In this document: positions 21,335-30,835 of the stretch, one piece after another
Numbering within the stretch: the first letter of the stretch is position 1
How the letters are laid out: each line of letters starts with the position of its first letter
Origin: a virus
Virus record (IMG/VR): IMGVR_UViG_3300047564_002155
Location: 64,001-128,000 of that record
DNA: 64,000 bases
Reading direction: 5' to 3' (one strand)
Position numbers and translations under genes: made by a program
The notes under the pieces: model-generated
The model's database searches: none
What the model was told of the DNA's origin: nothing
The model's input: the letters and a program-made list of their open reading frames with translations, nothing else

Positions 21335-24300
21335 ATGAGTGTTAAAAACGGACAATTAGTCAGATTATATGATGGAAGTGAAACCGCTATTGAAAATCTC
21401 ATTAGTGGTTCTTCCATTGTAGCTGGTGTTGCTTTACCTGGACTTGGATTGGGTGAAACTGATTATAAAACTTGGTCTTCTACTGATATATCATCCACGA
21501 CATTACAACCCGCAAATGTTGTAACAAGAAATACTTTCATCAATTCAGCTATTGAAAAAATTGAATTTAACGATGGTAATCTTGTCGTATCACCAATGCA
21601 AGAAATCCTTGTAAAAGGTGGTGATAATGTATATCTTTTTAAAAGAGCAAAAGATGTAGTCTTAAATTCAGACCATTTAGTAAAATGGAATGGTTCTTCA
21701 CTTGTAGATGAACTAATTACTGAAGCTTATACCATAGACCCGGAAGACGCTTCAAACCTAAACATTGAAGACCTTGATGTTTACCTTGTAAATGGGTATG
21801 TAGTTCACAACGCAGGGACTTCTTATTTTACATCAGATTGTTTAACTTCAGATAATCTTGGTTGTGGTAACTGGCCTAATTTTGATCCTGGCTCATACTC
21901 CAACACTTGTTATTATGTATCGGGTGCTCCTGGAACTGATTGTGCTTATACTTGTGCCACTTGTGAAGAGATTGAATTTGATGCAAACTCCGATGGTGAA
22001 CCTTGTGGTTCTAATAATGAGTGTGACGCAGATACATCACAAGGTCCAACAGGTCCAACAGGTCCTCAAGGTGCAGTCGGTCCTAAAGGTGATAATGGGC
22101 CAACTGGTGGAACGGGCCCGACCGGTCCTCAAGGTGCTGTGGGTCCAATCGGCCCTACGGGTGATACTCCTGACGCACTAACGGGTCCTCAAGGTCCCGT
22201 AGGTCCAAAAGGACCATCGGGTAATTTGGGACCACAAGGTCCCACGGGACCAACAGGTCCAACGGGTGGACAAGGTGGGCAAGGTTCTCAAGGTGCTGTG
22301 GGGCCTGTGGGAGATTCTCCAACCGGAGGACAAGGTAACCAAGGACCTGTTGGTCCTACTGGCCCAACGGGGCCCGCAGGAGCATTAGGTCCGGTAGGAC
22401 CTATCGGACCAACCGGCGACCAAGGACCCACCGGACCAACCGGCCCAACGGGCGCTTCACCCACTGGCCCAGGTGGTGACCAAGGTCCAACGGGCGGAAC
22501 GGGTCCAACCGGTCCTGGTGGAGACCAAGGTCCAACAGGCCCAACAGGTGCAACGGGTGCTTCACCCACTGGTGGTGGTGGTGACCAAGGTCCTGTGGGA
22601 CCTCAAGGGCCAAAAGGACCTTCGGGTAATTTAGGAGCTCAAGGACCTGTTGGCCCAACCGGCCCAACTGGTCCTGTTGGACCTACTGGCGATACAGGTG
22701 CCTCACCAACCGGTCCAGGCGGTGACCAAGGACCCACCGGCCCTACGGGTCCTACGGGCCCCACTGGCGATAGAGGTCCACAAGGTCCTATGGGACCAAC
22801 GGGTGCTTCCCCAACAGGTGGTGGTGGAGACCAAGGACCAACAGGCGCTCAAGGACCTGTTGGTGGAACTCCAGGTCCTGGTGCAGCGGGTCCAATAGGA
22901 CCAGGTGGCGACCAAGGTTCACAAGGTCCTCAAGGTCCAATTGGGGCTTCCCCAACAGGTGGTGGTGGAGACCAAGGACCTCAAGGAGGTCAAGGTTCGC
23001 AAGGACCTACTGGAGATATTGGTGTTGGTGGCGACCAAGGTCCAACTGGCGGACAAGGTAATCAAGGTCCACAAGGATTACAAGGTCCAAAAGGACCTTC
23101 GGGTAATTTAGGTCCTCAAGGACCAATAGGACCTACCGGAGCTGGTGGACCTGCTGGGGATAATGCTCCTAAAGGCGCTCAAGGAGACCAAGGAAATACA
23201 GGTCCTATTGGACCCACCGGTGATGCTGGCCCCAAAGGAGCTCAAGGTGCTCAAGGAAATCAAGGAAATCAAGGTCCAACTGGTGATGCTGCTTTAACAG
23301 GTCCTCAAGGACCAATTGGAGGTGGGGGTGACCAAGGTCCTCAAGGACCTGCAGGAGCAAAAGGTGCTCAAGGTCCAGTTGGTGGTCAAGGAGACCAAGG
23401 CCCTCAAGGACCCGCTGGTCCTAAAGGTGCTCAAGGACCAATTGGAGGTGGAGGTAACCAAGGTCCTCAAGGACCTGCTGGCGGTAAGGGTGCTCAAGGT
23501 CCAATTGGCGGTCAAGGAGACCAAGGTCCTATGGGACCTTCGGGTAATTTAGGCGCTCAAGGACCAATGGGTCCTAAAGGTGACCAAGGTCCAACTGGTG
23601 ATGCAGCCCCAAAAGGTGCTCAAGGAGACCAAGGAAATACAGGTCCTATTGGACCCACCGGTGATGCTGGCCCCAAAGGAGCTCAAGGTGCTCAAGGAAA
23701 TCAAGGTAACCAAGGTCCAACAGGTGATGCTGCTTTAACAGGTCCTCAAGGACCTGTGGGTGTGAAGGGTGACCAAGGTCCTCAAGGACCTGCTGGAGGT
23801 AAAGGCTCTCAAGGTCCTATTGGTGGACAAGGAGACCAAGGTCCTCAAGGGCCTGCTGGGGCTAAAGGTGCCCAAGGTCCAACAGGCGCTGGTGGTGACC
23901 AAGGTCCTCAAGGACCTGCTGGTGGTAAAGGTGCTCAAGGTCCTATTGGTGGGCAAGGCGACCAAGGTCCTAAAGGACCATCGGGTAATTTAGGCCCCCA
24001 AGGTCCAACGGGTGTAAAAGGTAATCAAGGTCCAACCGGCGATGCTGCTGCTAAAGGTGCTCAAGGGGACCAAGGAAATACAGGTCCTATTGGTCCAACT
24101 GGCGATGCTGGTCCTAAAGGTGCTCAAGGTGCTCAAGGTAACCAAGGTAACCAAGGACCAACCGGCGATGCTGCATTAACAGGCGCTCAAGGTCCTATGG
24201 GACCTAAAGGTGACCAGGGTCCAGTGGGTACACCCGCCGAAACCGGGGCTCAAGGTCCTGTTGGCGTAAAAGGTGACCAAGGTCCTCAAGGGCCTGCTGG

Positions 24301-25918
24301 GGCTAAAGGTGCTCAAGGACCTGTTGGTGGACAAGGTGACCAAGGTCCTCAAGGACCACAAAGTGTAGCTACCGAAGGTGGTGATGGATATACTGGTGGA
24401 CCACAAGGTGCTGTTGGTCCAACGGGTGACCAAGGACCTAAAGGTGATGTGGGTCAAAAAGGTGATGATGGTCCTAAAGGGGCTCAAGGTCCTCAAGGAT
24501 TACAAGGTCCTAAAGGTCCTTCGGGAAATTTAGGAGCTCAAGGTCCTGTTGGTGTAAAGGGTGATACTGGTCAAAAAGGTGATGATGGTCCTAAAGGAGA
24601 CCAAGGACCAACTGGTGTTAAGGGAGACCAAGGACCTGCAGGAGAACAAGGACCTAAAGGACCTCAAGGAGCTCAAGGTAATCAGGGTAGACAAGGACCA
24701 ACCGGAGATGCTGCTCTAACAGGCGCTGCTGGTCCAATTGGACCCAAAGGTGACCAAGGTCAAAAAGGTGATGATGGTCCTAAAGGCGCTCAAGGTCCTC
24801 AAGGTAGAGTAGGCCCGCAAGGAGACCAAGGTGATGCTTTTGACGCTTTAACACCACAAGGACCTCAAGGAAATATAGGACCTGTTGGAGTTAAAGGTGA
24901 TGCTGGTCCTAAAGGCGCTCAAGGTCCTCAAGGACTTCAAGGTCAAAAAGGACCATCTGGAAACACGGGCGCTCAAGGACCTCAAGGACCACAAAGTGAT
25001 AAGGGTTCTACGATTGGACCTAAAGGGGACCAAGGATTTTCAGGCGATTATGAAGACACTGCGCCTAAAGGTGACCAAGGTCAAAAGGGTGACCAGGGTC
25101 AAAAGGGGGCTGATGGTCCAAAGGGTGCTCAAGGGGCTCAAGGATTTCAAGGTCCCAAAGGTGACCAAGGACCCACCAATTTAACAGGCCCACAAGGTGC
25201 TGTTGGTGTAAAAGGTGATGTTGGTGTAAAAGGTGATGATGGTCCTAAAGGCGCTCAAGGTCCTCAAGGTAGAGTAGGTCCGCAAGGTGACCAAGGTGAT
25301 GCTTTTGACGCTTTAACCCCACAAGGACCTCAAGGAAATGTAGGACCTGTTGGAGTTAAAGGTGATGCTGGTCCCAAAGGAGCTCAAGGTCCTCAAGGAT
25401 TACAAGGTCCAAAAGGACCGTCTGGAAACGCCGGTGCTCAAGGACCTCAAGGACCACAAAGTGATAAGGGTTCTACCATCGGTCCTAAAGGAGACCAAGG
25501 ATTTTCAGGCGATTATGAAGACACTGCACCCAAAGGCGATGTTGGACCTCAAGGTGACCAAGGTCAAAAGGGGGCTGATGGTCCTAAAGGAGCTCAAGGT
25601 GCCGCGGGAAATCAAGGACCACAAGGTGGCCAAGGAACATCCGCATTATCGGGCGCTGAAGGTGCTGTTGGACCACAAGGTGAACAAGGACCAACGGGAG
25701 ATTCTCCAACTGCTGAACAAAATGGACCACAAGGAGCACAAGGTATAGCTCCGGGTCCTAAAGGTGATTTTGGTCAAAAAGGTGAAAAGGGAAGTCAACT
25801 TGAAGGTGGTTACTTTGAGTGGAGTGATACTGATAATAAACTATACTTTAAAGAGTATGGTTGGACTGCCGGTGATAGATTATTTGTTGTAGAATTATAC
25901 AGGTCAGGTTCATTTTAA
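21335..25918 (+). CDS. Collagen-like protein 2 with N-terminal Hint domain and Cys-rich linker
   Basis: Residues 2-159 ([21 protein letters not shown]...[14 protein letters not shown]) are followed by an 8-Cys segment, a long Gly-X-Y region and a C-terminus ending YRSGSF. Confidence 0.9.
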   Translation: MSVKNGQLVRLYDGSETAIENLISGSSIVAGVALPGLGLGETDYKTWSSTDISSTTLQPANVVTRNTFINSAIEKIEFNDGNLVVSPMQEILVKGGDNVYLFKRAKDVVLNSDHLVKWNGSSLVDELITEAYTIDPEDASNLNIEDLDVYLVNGYVVHNAGTSYFTSDCLTSDNLGCGNWPNFDPGSYSNTCYYVSGAPGTDCAYTCATCEEIEFDANSDGEPCGSNNECDADTSQGPTGPTGPQGAVGPKGDNGPTGGTGPTGPQGAVGPIGPTGDTPDALTGPQGPVGPKGPSGNLGPQGPTGPTGPTGGQGGQGSQGAVGPVGDSPTGGQGNQGPVGPTGPTGPAGALGPVGPIGPTGDQGPTGPTGPTGASPTGPGGDQGPTGGTGPTGPGGDQGPTGPTGATGASPTGGGGDQGPVGPQGPKGPSGNLGAQGPVGPTGPTGPVGPTGDTGASPTGPGGDQGPTGPTGPTGPTGDRGPQGPMGPTGASPTGGGGDQGPTGAQGPVGGTPGPGAAGPIGPGGDQGSQGPQGPIGASPTGGGGDQGPQGGQGSQGPTGDIGVGGDQGPTGGQGNQGPQGLQGPKGPSGNLGPQGPIGPTGAGGPAGDNAPKGAQGDQGNTGPIGPTGDAGPKGAQGAQGNQGNQGPTGDAALTGPQGPIGGGGDQGPQGPAGAKGAQGPVGGQGDQGPQGPAGPKGAQGPIGGGGNQGPQGPAGGKGAQGPIGGQGDQGPMGPSGNLGAQGPMGPKGDQGPTGDAAPKGAQGDQGNTGPIGPTGDAGPKGAQGAQGNQGNQGPTGDAALTGPQGPVGVKGDQGPQGPAGGKGSQGPIGGQGDQGPQGPAGAKGAQGPTGAGGDQGPQGPAGGKGAQGPIGGQGDQGPKGPSGNLGPQGPTGVKGNQGPTGDAAAKGAQGDQGNTGPIGPTGDAGPKGAQGAQGNQGNQGPTGDAALTGAQGPMGPKGDQGPVGTPAETGAQGPVGVKGDQGPQGPAGAKGAQGPVGGQGDQGPQGPQSVATEGGDGYTGGPQGAVGPTGDQGPKGDVGQKGDDGPKGAQGPQGLQGPKGPSGNLGAQGPVGVKGDTGQKGDDGPKGDQGPTGVKGDQGPAGEQGPKGPQGAQGNQGRQGPTGDAALTGAAGPIGPKGDQGQKGDDGPKGAQGPQGRVGPQGDQGDAFDALTPQGPQGNIGPVGVKGDAGPKGAQGPQGLQGQKGPSGNTGAQGPQGPQSDKGSTIGPKGDQGFSGDYEDTAPKGDQGQKGDQGQKGADGPKGAQGAQGFQGPKGDQGPTNLTGPQGAVGVKGDVGVKGDDGPKGAQGPQGRVGPQGDQGDAFDALTPQGPQGNVGPVGVKGDAGPKGAQGPQGLQGPKGPSGNAGAQGPQGPQSDKGSTIGPKGDQGFSGDYEDTAPKGDVGPQGDQGQKGADGPKGAQGAAGNQGPQGGQGTSALSGAEGAVGPQGEQGPTGDSPTAEQNGPQGAQGIAPGPKGDFGQKGEKGSQLEGGYFEWSDTDNKLYFKEYGWTAGDRLFVVELYRSGSF
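23080..25600 (+). repeat. Higher-order tandem duplications in collagen 2 (441- and 465-bp periods)
   Basis: Blocks recur at 23171, 23612 and 24053 (441 bp) and at 24781 and 25246 (465 bp). Confidence 0.85.
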
Positions 25919-25932
25919 TACATTCAATTCCA

Positions 25933-25940
25933 TATTTATA
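25933..25940 (+). promoter_or_regulatory. Putative phage late promoter TATTTAT(A/T), representative copy
   Basis: The same motif occurs at about 3129, 3447, 7038, 14283, 29602, 32175, 32509, 34918, 35503, 36888 and 46717, each shortly before a gene start. Confidence 0.7.
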
Positions 25941-25966
25941 ATAAAGTTTAAAAAATAAGTTTTGTT

Positions 25967-26572
25967 ATGGAAAAGAAATTTATATTCAATCAAGACCCAT
26001 CACGATTTTCAGCTGACCATACCAATTATTATTGGTTTCAAAATGGATTTACTGCTGAAGAATTGGCTACGATTGAACAAATGACTTCCAATTTACCATT
26101 TGAAGCCGCGGGCGTTGGTGAGTTGGATAAATCACGAGTAGAAAGCGAATATCGTAAATCATCAATTAAATGGTGTCCTCAAAACGAAGAGTGGGAATGG
26201 GTTTACGATAAGCTTGGAACTATGATTTCTGAAGCAAACAACAATATGTGGAAATTTGATTTGACTCATATGAGAGAACAAATCCAATATACTGAATACT
26301 ACGAAGGTGGTGGTCAGTATGACTGGCATATGGATTGTGGTATTGGTATTCAAGCCCAACGCAAAGTTTCGGTTACTGTTCAATTATCACAACCTGATGA
26401 ATACGAGGGTGGTGATTTACAATTTATGTTAGGTGCTGGTCAGATTTGGGCTCCACGAGTTCAAGGGGCTGCTGTTATTTTCCCATCATTTTTCTTACAC
26501 CGAGTTACGCCTGTAACCAAGGGGACTCGTAAGTCATTTGTTCTTTGGGTTGGTGGAGAACCATATAGATAA
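25967..26572 (+). CDS. 2OG-Fe(II) oxygenase (prolyl hydroxylase/PKHD-like)
   Basis: HxD (WHMD), RKVSVTVQLS..EYEGGDL, and HRVTPVTKGTRKS with the distal His and Arg. Confidence 0.9.
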   Translation: MEKKFIFNQDPSRFSADHTNYYWFQNGFTAEELATIEQMTSNLPFEAAGVGELDKSRVESEYRKSSIKWCPQNEEWEWVYDKLGTMISEANNNMWKFDLTHMREQIQYTEYYEGGGQYDWHMDCGIGIQAQRKVSVTVQLSQPDEYEGGDLQFMLGAGQIWAPRVQGAAVIFPSFFLHRVTPVTKGTRKSFVLWVGGEPYR

Positions 26573-26575
26573 TCT

Positions 26576-27874
26576 ATGAGAAAAACTAAATTACCATCTG
26601 CATTAGTTTATGGGTGGGATAAGTTTGGTGAATTCTCCATCCCATCTACACTATCAGAACACGAAGGACTTGTAGAAGATGTAGTGATTTTCTCTTGCGA
26701 AGACCATTTTAATTTTTATGTTGATTTTTCAAAATATCAGCCAGATGTAATTATTACATTTGGTGATAAAAATCAATATGAATCTATTTTAGAAGCTTCT
26801 GATGAAAACCTTGTAAATACAAAGTGGACTCACATTGATGAAATTTTAAGTGATGAGGAGCTTGCAAATAAAGTAGATGAATTGTCTACCTATTGGAGTT
26901 GTGGTTCAAATCAAAATGTTTTTGGTTCTAAAGACCTACCATTCTTTTCAGCATTTACCGGAACTTACAAAACCGGTGATAGAATTTTCAGAACCTATAA
27001 TGGTCTAAAAAATCAAACTTATAAAAATTGGGAATGGGTTGTTATTGATGACTCGCCTGAAGATGATTTTGATACTTGGAATAAACTACAAGAAATCGCA
27101 TCCCGAGACCATAGAGTAAAAATTCATAGAATTACACCAAATACGGGCGGTAATGTTGGTGAGGTTAAACACCGAGCTGCTATGTTATGTAATGGTGATT
27201 GGTTATTGGAGTATGACCATGATGATGTGATTGCATCAACATACTTTGAAGAGTGTGTCAAAGCATCAAAGCAATATCCTGATGCTGGATTTATTTTTAC
27301 CGGATGTGCTGAACTTTACGAAGATGGTAAACACAAACAATATGGTCCAATTGACCCAACGGGTTATGGTAGATATGGTTTTAATAACTACACTTGGGCT
27401 TATTCGTGGCACGAATGGGTGGAAATTGATGGTAAAAAATATATTGGAGGATTTGCTCCAAGTATAAATCCAAAAACTATTAGATATAATATGGGTATGC
27501 CAAATCACGCACGAATGTGGCATAGAGATGTGTATCATAAAGTCAGAGGTCACAATAGATATATTTCCGTAGCAGATGATTTTGAACTGATTGTAAAAAC
27601 ATTCCTAACAACACGAATGTTAAAAATTGATAAAATCCTATATATGCAATGGAATAATTATTCAAGCACTGTTGATATGAACTTAACTGATATTAATAGA
27701 AGAGCACGAATAATTAGAAATTACTATGATAAAGCTATTCACGAGCGAATCCTTGAACTTGGAAAAGAAGATTGGGATTGGGATGAAGAAACTCAAAAAT
27801 GCCATCACGCTTGGTGGATAGATAGAAGTAGATATTTTGAAAAAGAACAAGTTTTAAATTACACGATAAAATAA
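26576..27874 (+). CDS. Glycosyltransferase family 2 (GT-A)
   Basis: NQTYKNWEWVVIDDS, GDWLLEYDHDD (DxD) and ADDFEL motifs. Confidence 0.88.
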   Translation: MRKTKLPSALVYGWDKFGEFSIPSTLSEHEGLVEDVVIFSCEDHFNFYVDFSKYQPDVIITFGDKNQYESILEASDENLVNTKWTHIDEILSDEELANKVDELSTYWSCGSNQNVFGSKDLPFFSAFTGTYKTGDRIFRTYNGLKNQTYKNWEWVVIDDSPEDDFDTWNKLQEIASRDHRVKIHRITPNTGGNVGEVKHRAAMLCNGDWLLEYDHDDVIASTYFEECVKASKQYPDAGFIFTGCAELYEDGKHKQYGPIDPTGYGRYGFNNYTWAYSWHEWVEIDGKKYIGGFAPSINPKTIRYNMGMPNHARMWHRDVYHKVRGHNRYISVADDFELIVKTFLTTRMLKIDKILYMQWNNYSSTVDMNLTDINRRARIIRNYYDKAIHERILELGKEDWDWDEETQKCHHAWWIDRSRYFEKEQVLNYTIK

Positions 27875-27882
27875 GGAACAAT

Positions 27883-29595
27883 ATGAAAGTTTTGTTTGTA
27901 GTTGGATATCAGAAAACCCCATTTAATCCTTTTGTTTGGATTAAAGAAGGAATTGGTGGTTCTGAATACGCTGTTATAAAATTAGCTCATCAAATGTCAA
28001 AGCAGGGTGATGAGGTTGTTGTCACAGGTCAAGTTGTTCCGTGTGAAGTTGAGGGTATTAAGTATATACCATATGAATCCCTTGGAACAAATCAACATTA
28101 TGATGTTGTAATTGCTACAAATTATATTCACTATATTAATGAACTTGACTCACGAGAAATAACTTTTGACAAATCTTATTTTTGGATTCATAATAATGAA
28201 TATTACGCATATTGGAATGGTCAAATATTAGAGGATTTTGGAAAAGAACATTTACAAAATTCAAGGATGACTAATGTGATTGCAGTATCGGATTACTCCG
28301 CAAAAATACTTGAAGAAAAGTATACTGAAATGGTGGGAAAGGTCAGAGTTATTCCAAACGCTATTGACCCAACTGACTGGAATGGTATCCGATTTGATAA
28401 CAAACGAAAAAACAAATTTGTATATACATCCGCTGCTGATAGAGGTTTAAAAAACCTACTTGAAATCTGGCCGCAGATTCGTGACGCCAGACCCGAAGCG
28501 ACTCTTTGGGTAGCAAGTCCACCATACGCATTAGATTGGTATGAAGACTATAAGGGATTCTATGATGGTGTTCATTTTGTGGATAATCTACCACCAAGAG
28601 AATTATATGAGTTGATTGCTTCATCGGAGTATTGGGTATATCCATCACAATACGATGAAACCTATTGTATTACAGCATTGGAAATGATGATGGGTGAGGT
28701 TTCAATCATAACAACCGATACCGGAAATTTAGCAAGTATCATTCCAGCGCGAGGTGCTGTGGTATCTTCTGAAAGTGATGTTGAAACTTTAAAAAAACAA
28801 ATTTTAGAAAAACTTGAATTTGTAGAATCGGATGCTGCTTTTAGAAAGTTTTCAAAAGAAAATGCTAAATCTTTTGTTCTAAAACAAACTTGGGAAAATG
28901 TAGAAAAAATTTGGAGAAATCTTATGAACGAAACACAACCCAACCGACAAGAACAAACTGATATGTTAGCTTTACATCCTGAATTATATTCTTACAAATA
29001 TGACAAAATTGGATGGTTGGAACGATTTGTAACCTATGATGCGAGAATTAGAGAATGGGATTTGATTTCAGATGAACAATTTGATGGATGTTTTACATTT
29101 CCATTATTTACTGAAGAATTTTGTAAGATGATTCGTGAAGAGGCAGAACATTCAAAAAAATGGACTTACAAAAGACACGAATATTATCCAACCACGGATA
29201 TGCTATTATCTGAATTGGGATTGAATGAAATTTACTATGAAGTTCTCCAAACCTATGTAATGCAATTTATGATTCACAAATTTGGTTTAGAAGGTAGGGG
29301 ATGGGATTCTTTAAATTCTGAAAACTTTTTAGCAAGATACACACCAGACACTCAAGGTCATCTTTCAATACACCACGACTCTTCTGATTTAACTTGTTTA
29401 GTCCAACTATCAGACCTTGATGAATATGAAGGTGGTGGAACTTGGTTTTGGAGACAAAAAAAATTAATAAAAGGTGGAATCGGATATTGTACGGTACATC
29501 CTGGAAATATAACTCACAAGCACGGAGCAAGACCTGTAAGTAAGGGAAGTCGTTATATTATTGTATCGTTTATGAAAAATTTGGAAAGATATTAA
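27883..29595 (+). CDS. Fusion of a GT-B glycosyltransferase and a procollagen lysyl hydroxylase (PLOD)-like 2OG-Fe(II) domain
   Basis: N-terminal GT4-like motifs: GIGGSE, IPNAID, YPSQYDETYCITALE. C-terminal PLOD-like domain: FPLFTEEFC...YPTTD...FLARYTPDTQGHLSIHHDSS...YEGGG...HPGNITHKHG...GSRYIIVSF. Confidence 0.85.
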   Translation: MKVLFVVGYQKTPFNPFVWIKEGIGGSEYAVIKLAHQMSKQGDEVVVTGQVVPCEVEGIKYIPYESLGTNQHYDVVIATNYIHYINELDSREITFDKSYFWIHNNEYYAYWNGQILEDFGKEHLQNSRMTNVIAVSDYSAKILEEKYTEMVGKVRVIPNAIDPTDWNGIRFDNKRKNKFVYTSAADRGLKNLLEIWPQIRDARPEATLWVASPPYALDWYEDYKGFYDGVHFVDNLPPRELYELIASSEYWVYPSQYDETYCITALEMMMGEVSIITTDTGNLASIIPARGAVVSSESDVETLKKQILEKLEFVESDAAFRKFSKENAKSFVLKQTWENVEKIWRNLMNETQPNRQEQTDMLALHPELYSYKYDKIGWLERFVTYDARIREWDLISDEQFDGCFTFPLFTEEFCKMIREEAEHSKKWTYKRHEYYPTTDMLLSELGLNEIYYEVLQTYVMQFMIHKFGLEGRGWDSLNSENFLARYTPDTQGHLSIHHDSSDLTCLVQLSDLDEYEGGGTWFWRQKKLIKGGIGYCTVHPGNITHKHGARPVSKGSRYIIVSFMKNLERY

Positions 29596-29634
29596 CCATA
29601 CTATTTATATATTGAGGTATAAAAAGGAGAGTTA

Positions 29635-30831
29635 ATGGCAATTCAAATTCCAATATGGCCAGGTAGTAGTTCATTTTCTTCAATATCTGCGTCTTTTTAC
29701 ACAGATTCATCCACAACTAAACCAACACCATTTGGTTTTTTTGATAGTGATTCTACGTTTAAGTCAGATGCTGATAATGTAGCCAATTGGTGCGCAAACC
29801 GATTGGGTTATCCCATTGTTGATATTGAATTACAAGATATAAACTTTTTTGCTTGTTTTGAAGAAGCCGCTAACGAATATTCTTCACAAATCAATCAGTA
29901 TAGAGCAAAAGAAAATCTTTTGTCTCTTCAAGGTTCAAGTTTAAACAACACACTTGCTAGTAAGCAACTAAATAGTAATATGCAGGGTGTAGTAAATCTT
30001 GCGAAAGATTACGGAACCGAAGCAAAAAGTGGTGGTAGATTAACACACTATACCGGTTCATTCACTATGGTAGAGGGTCAACAAATCTACAATCTAAATG
30101 ATAGTAGTGTTGTATCACTTGAATCAGGTTCAGTTACAAATGGACTTACCATTCGTAAAGTATTCCACGAAGCACCGCCTGCGATTGTAAGATACTTTGA
30201 CCCATTCGTTGGAACAGGTATGGGTTCTCAACAAATGATGGATACTTTTGGGTGGGGTAACTATTCACCGGGTGTATCATTTTTAATGCAACCAATGTAT
30301 GATGACTTACTTCGTTTACAAGCAATTGAGTTTAACGACCAAATTCGTAAATCTCAATATTCATTTCAATTAGTTAATAATCGTATTAAAATATTCCCAC
30401 TTCCGGTTTCAGGTGATGGTGGTGTAAAAATATACTTTGAATATACATTAGATACTGAAGCAAATAATCCAATTATAGCATCAAATGTGGTTAGTGATTT
30501 TTCTAATGCTCCGTTTGAAAGATTAACATATACTTCAATCAATTCAGCTGGTAGACAATGGATTACCAAGTATACTCTTGCATTAGCTAAAGAAGTTCTT
30601 GGTGCGGTAAGAGCAAAGTTCTCCGCTATTCCAATTCCGGGAGCAGACATCACATTGGATGGTGGTGACCTTCGTAACGAAGCTGCTGCAGAAAAAGAAG
30701 CACTCCTAACTCAATTAAAAGAAATGTTAGAAGCTACATCTAAAAAAGCATTGATGGAAGCCAAACGAGATGAGGCTGAATTCCTTGAGTCTACACTTGC
30801 AAGAATTCCAAGACCAATTTATATAGGATAA
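29635..30831 (+). CDS. Neck protein (gp13-like)
   Basis: RLGYPIVDIEL and WITKYTLALAKEVLG..R.KF..IP.PG..ITLDG motifs. First gene of the neck-tail block. Confidence 0.8.
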   Translation: MAIQIPIWPGSSSFSSISASFYTDSSTTKPTPFGFFDSDSTFKSDADNVANWCANRLGYPIVDIELQDINFFACFEEAANEYSSQINQYRAKENLLSLQGSSLNNTLASKQLNSNMQGVVNLAKDYGTEAKSGGRLTHYTGSFTMVEGQQIYNLNDSSVVSLESGSVTNGLTIRKVFHEAPPAIVRYFDPFVGTGMGSQQMMDTFGWGNYSPGVSFLMQPMYDDLLRLQAIEFNDQIRKSQYSFQLVNNRIKIFPLPVSGDGGVKIYFEYTLDTEANNPIIASNVVSDFSNAPFERLTYTSINSAGRQWITKYTLALAKEVLGAVRAKFSAIPIPGADITLDGGDLRNEAAAEKEALLTQLKEMLEATSKKALMEAKRDEAEFLESTLARIPRPIYIG

Positions 30832-30835
30832 TCCA

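Noticed and set aside
17220-21811. Classical mobile inteins
   Set aside because: The domains are at protein N-termini, have no homing endonuclease and no block-B His, and have Ala1 in one case and Ala(+1) in the other, so canonical splicing is unlikely.
17731-25748. Long alternative-frame ORFs (KVLKVHK-rich on +, WSLRTL-rich on -) inside the collagen genes
   Set aside because: These are shadows of the Gly-X-Y codon periodicity. They have no ribosome-binding sites, and they recur with the same periods as the DNA repeats.
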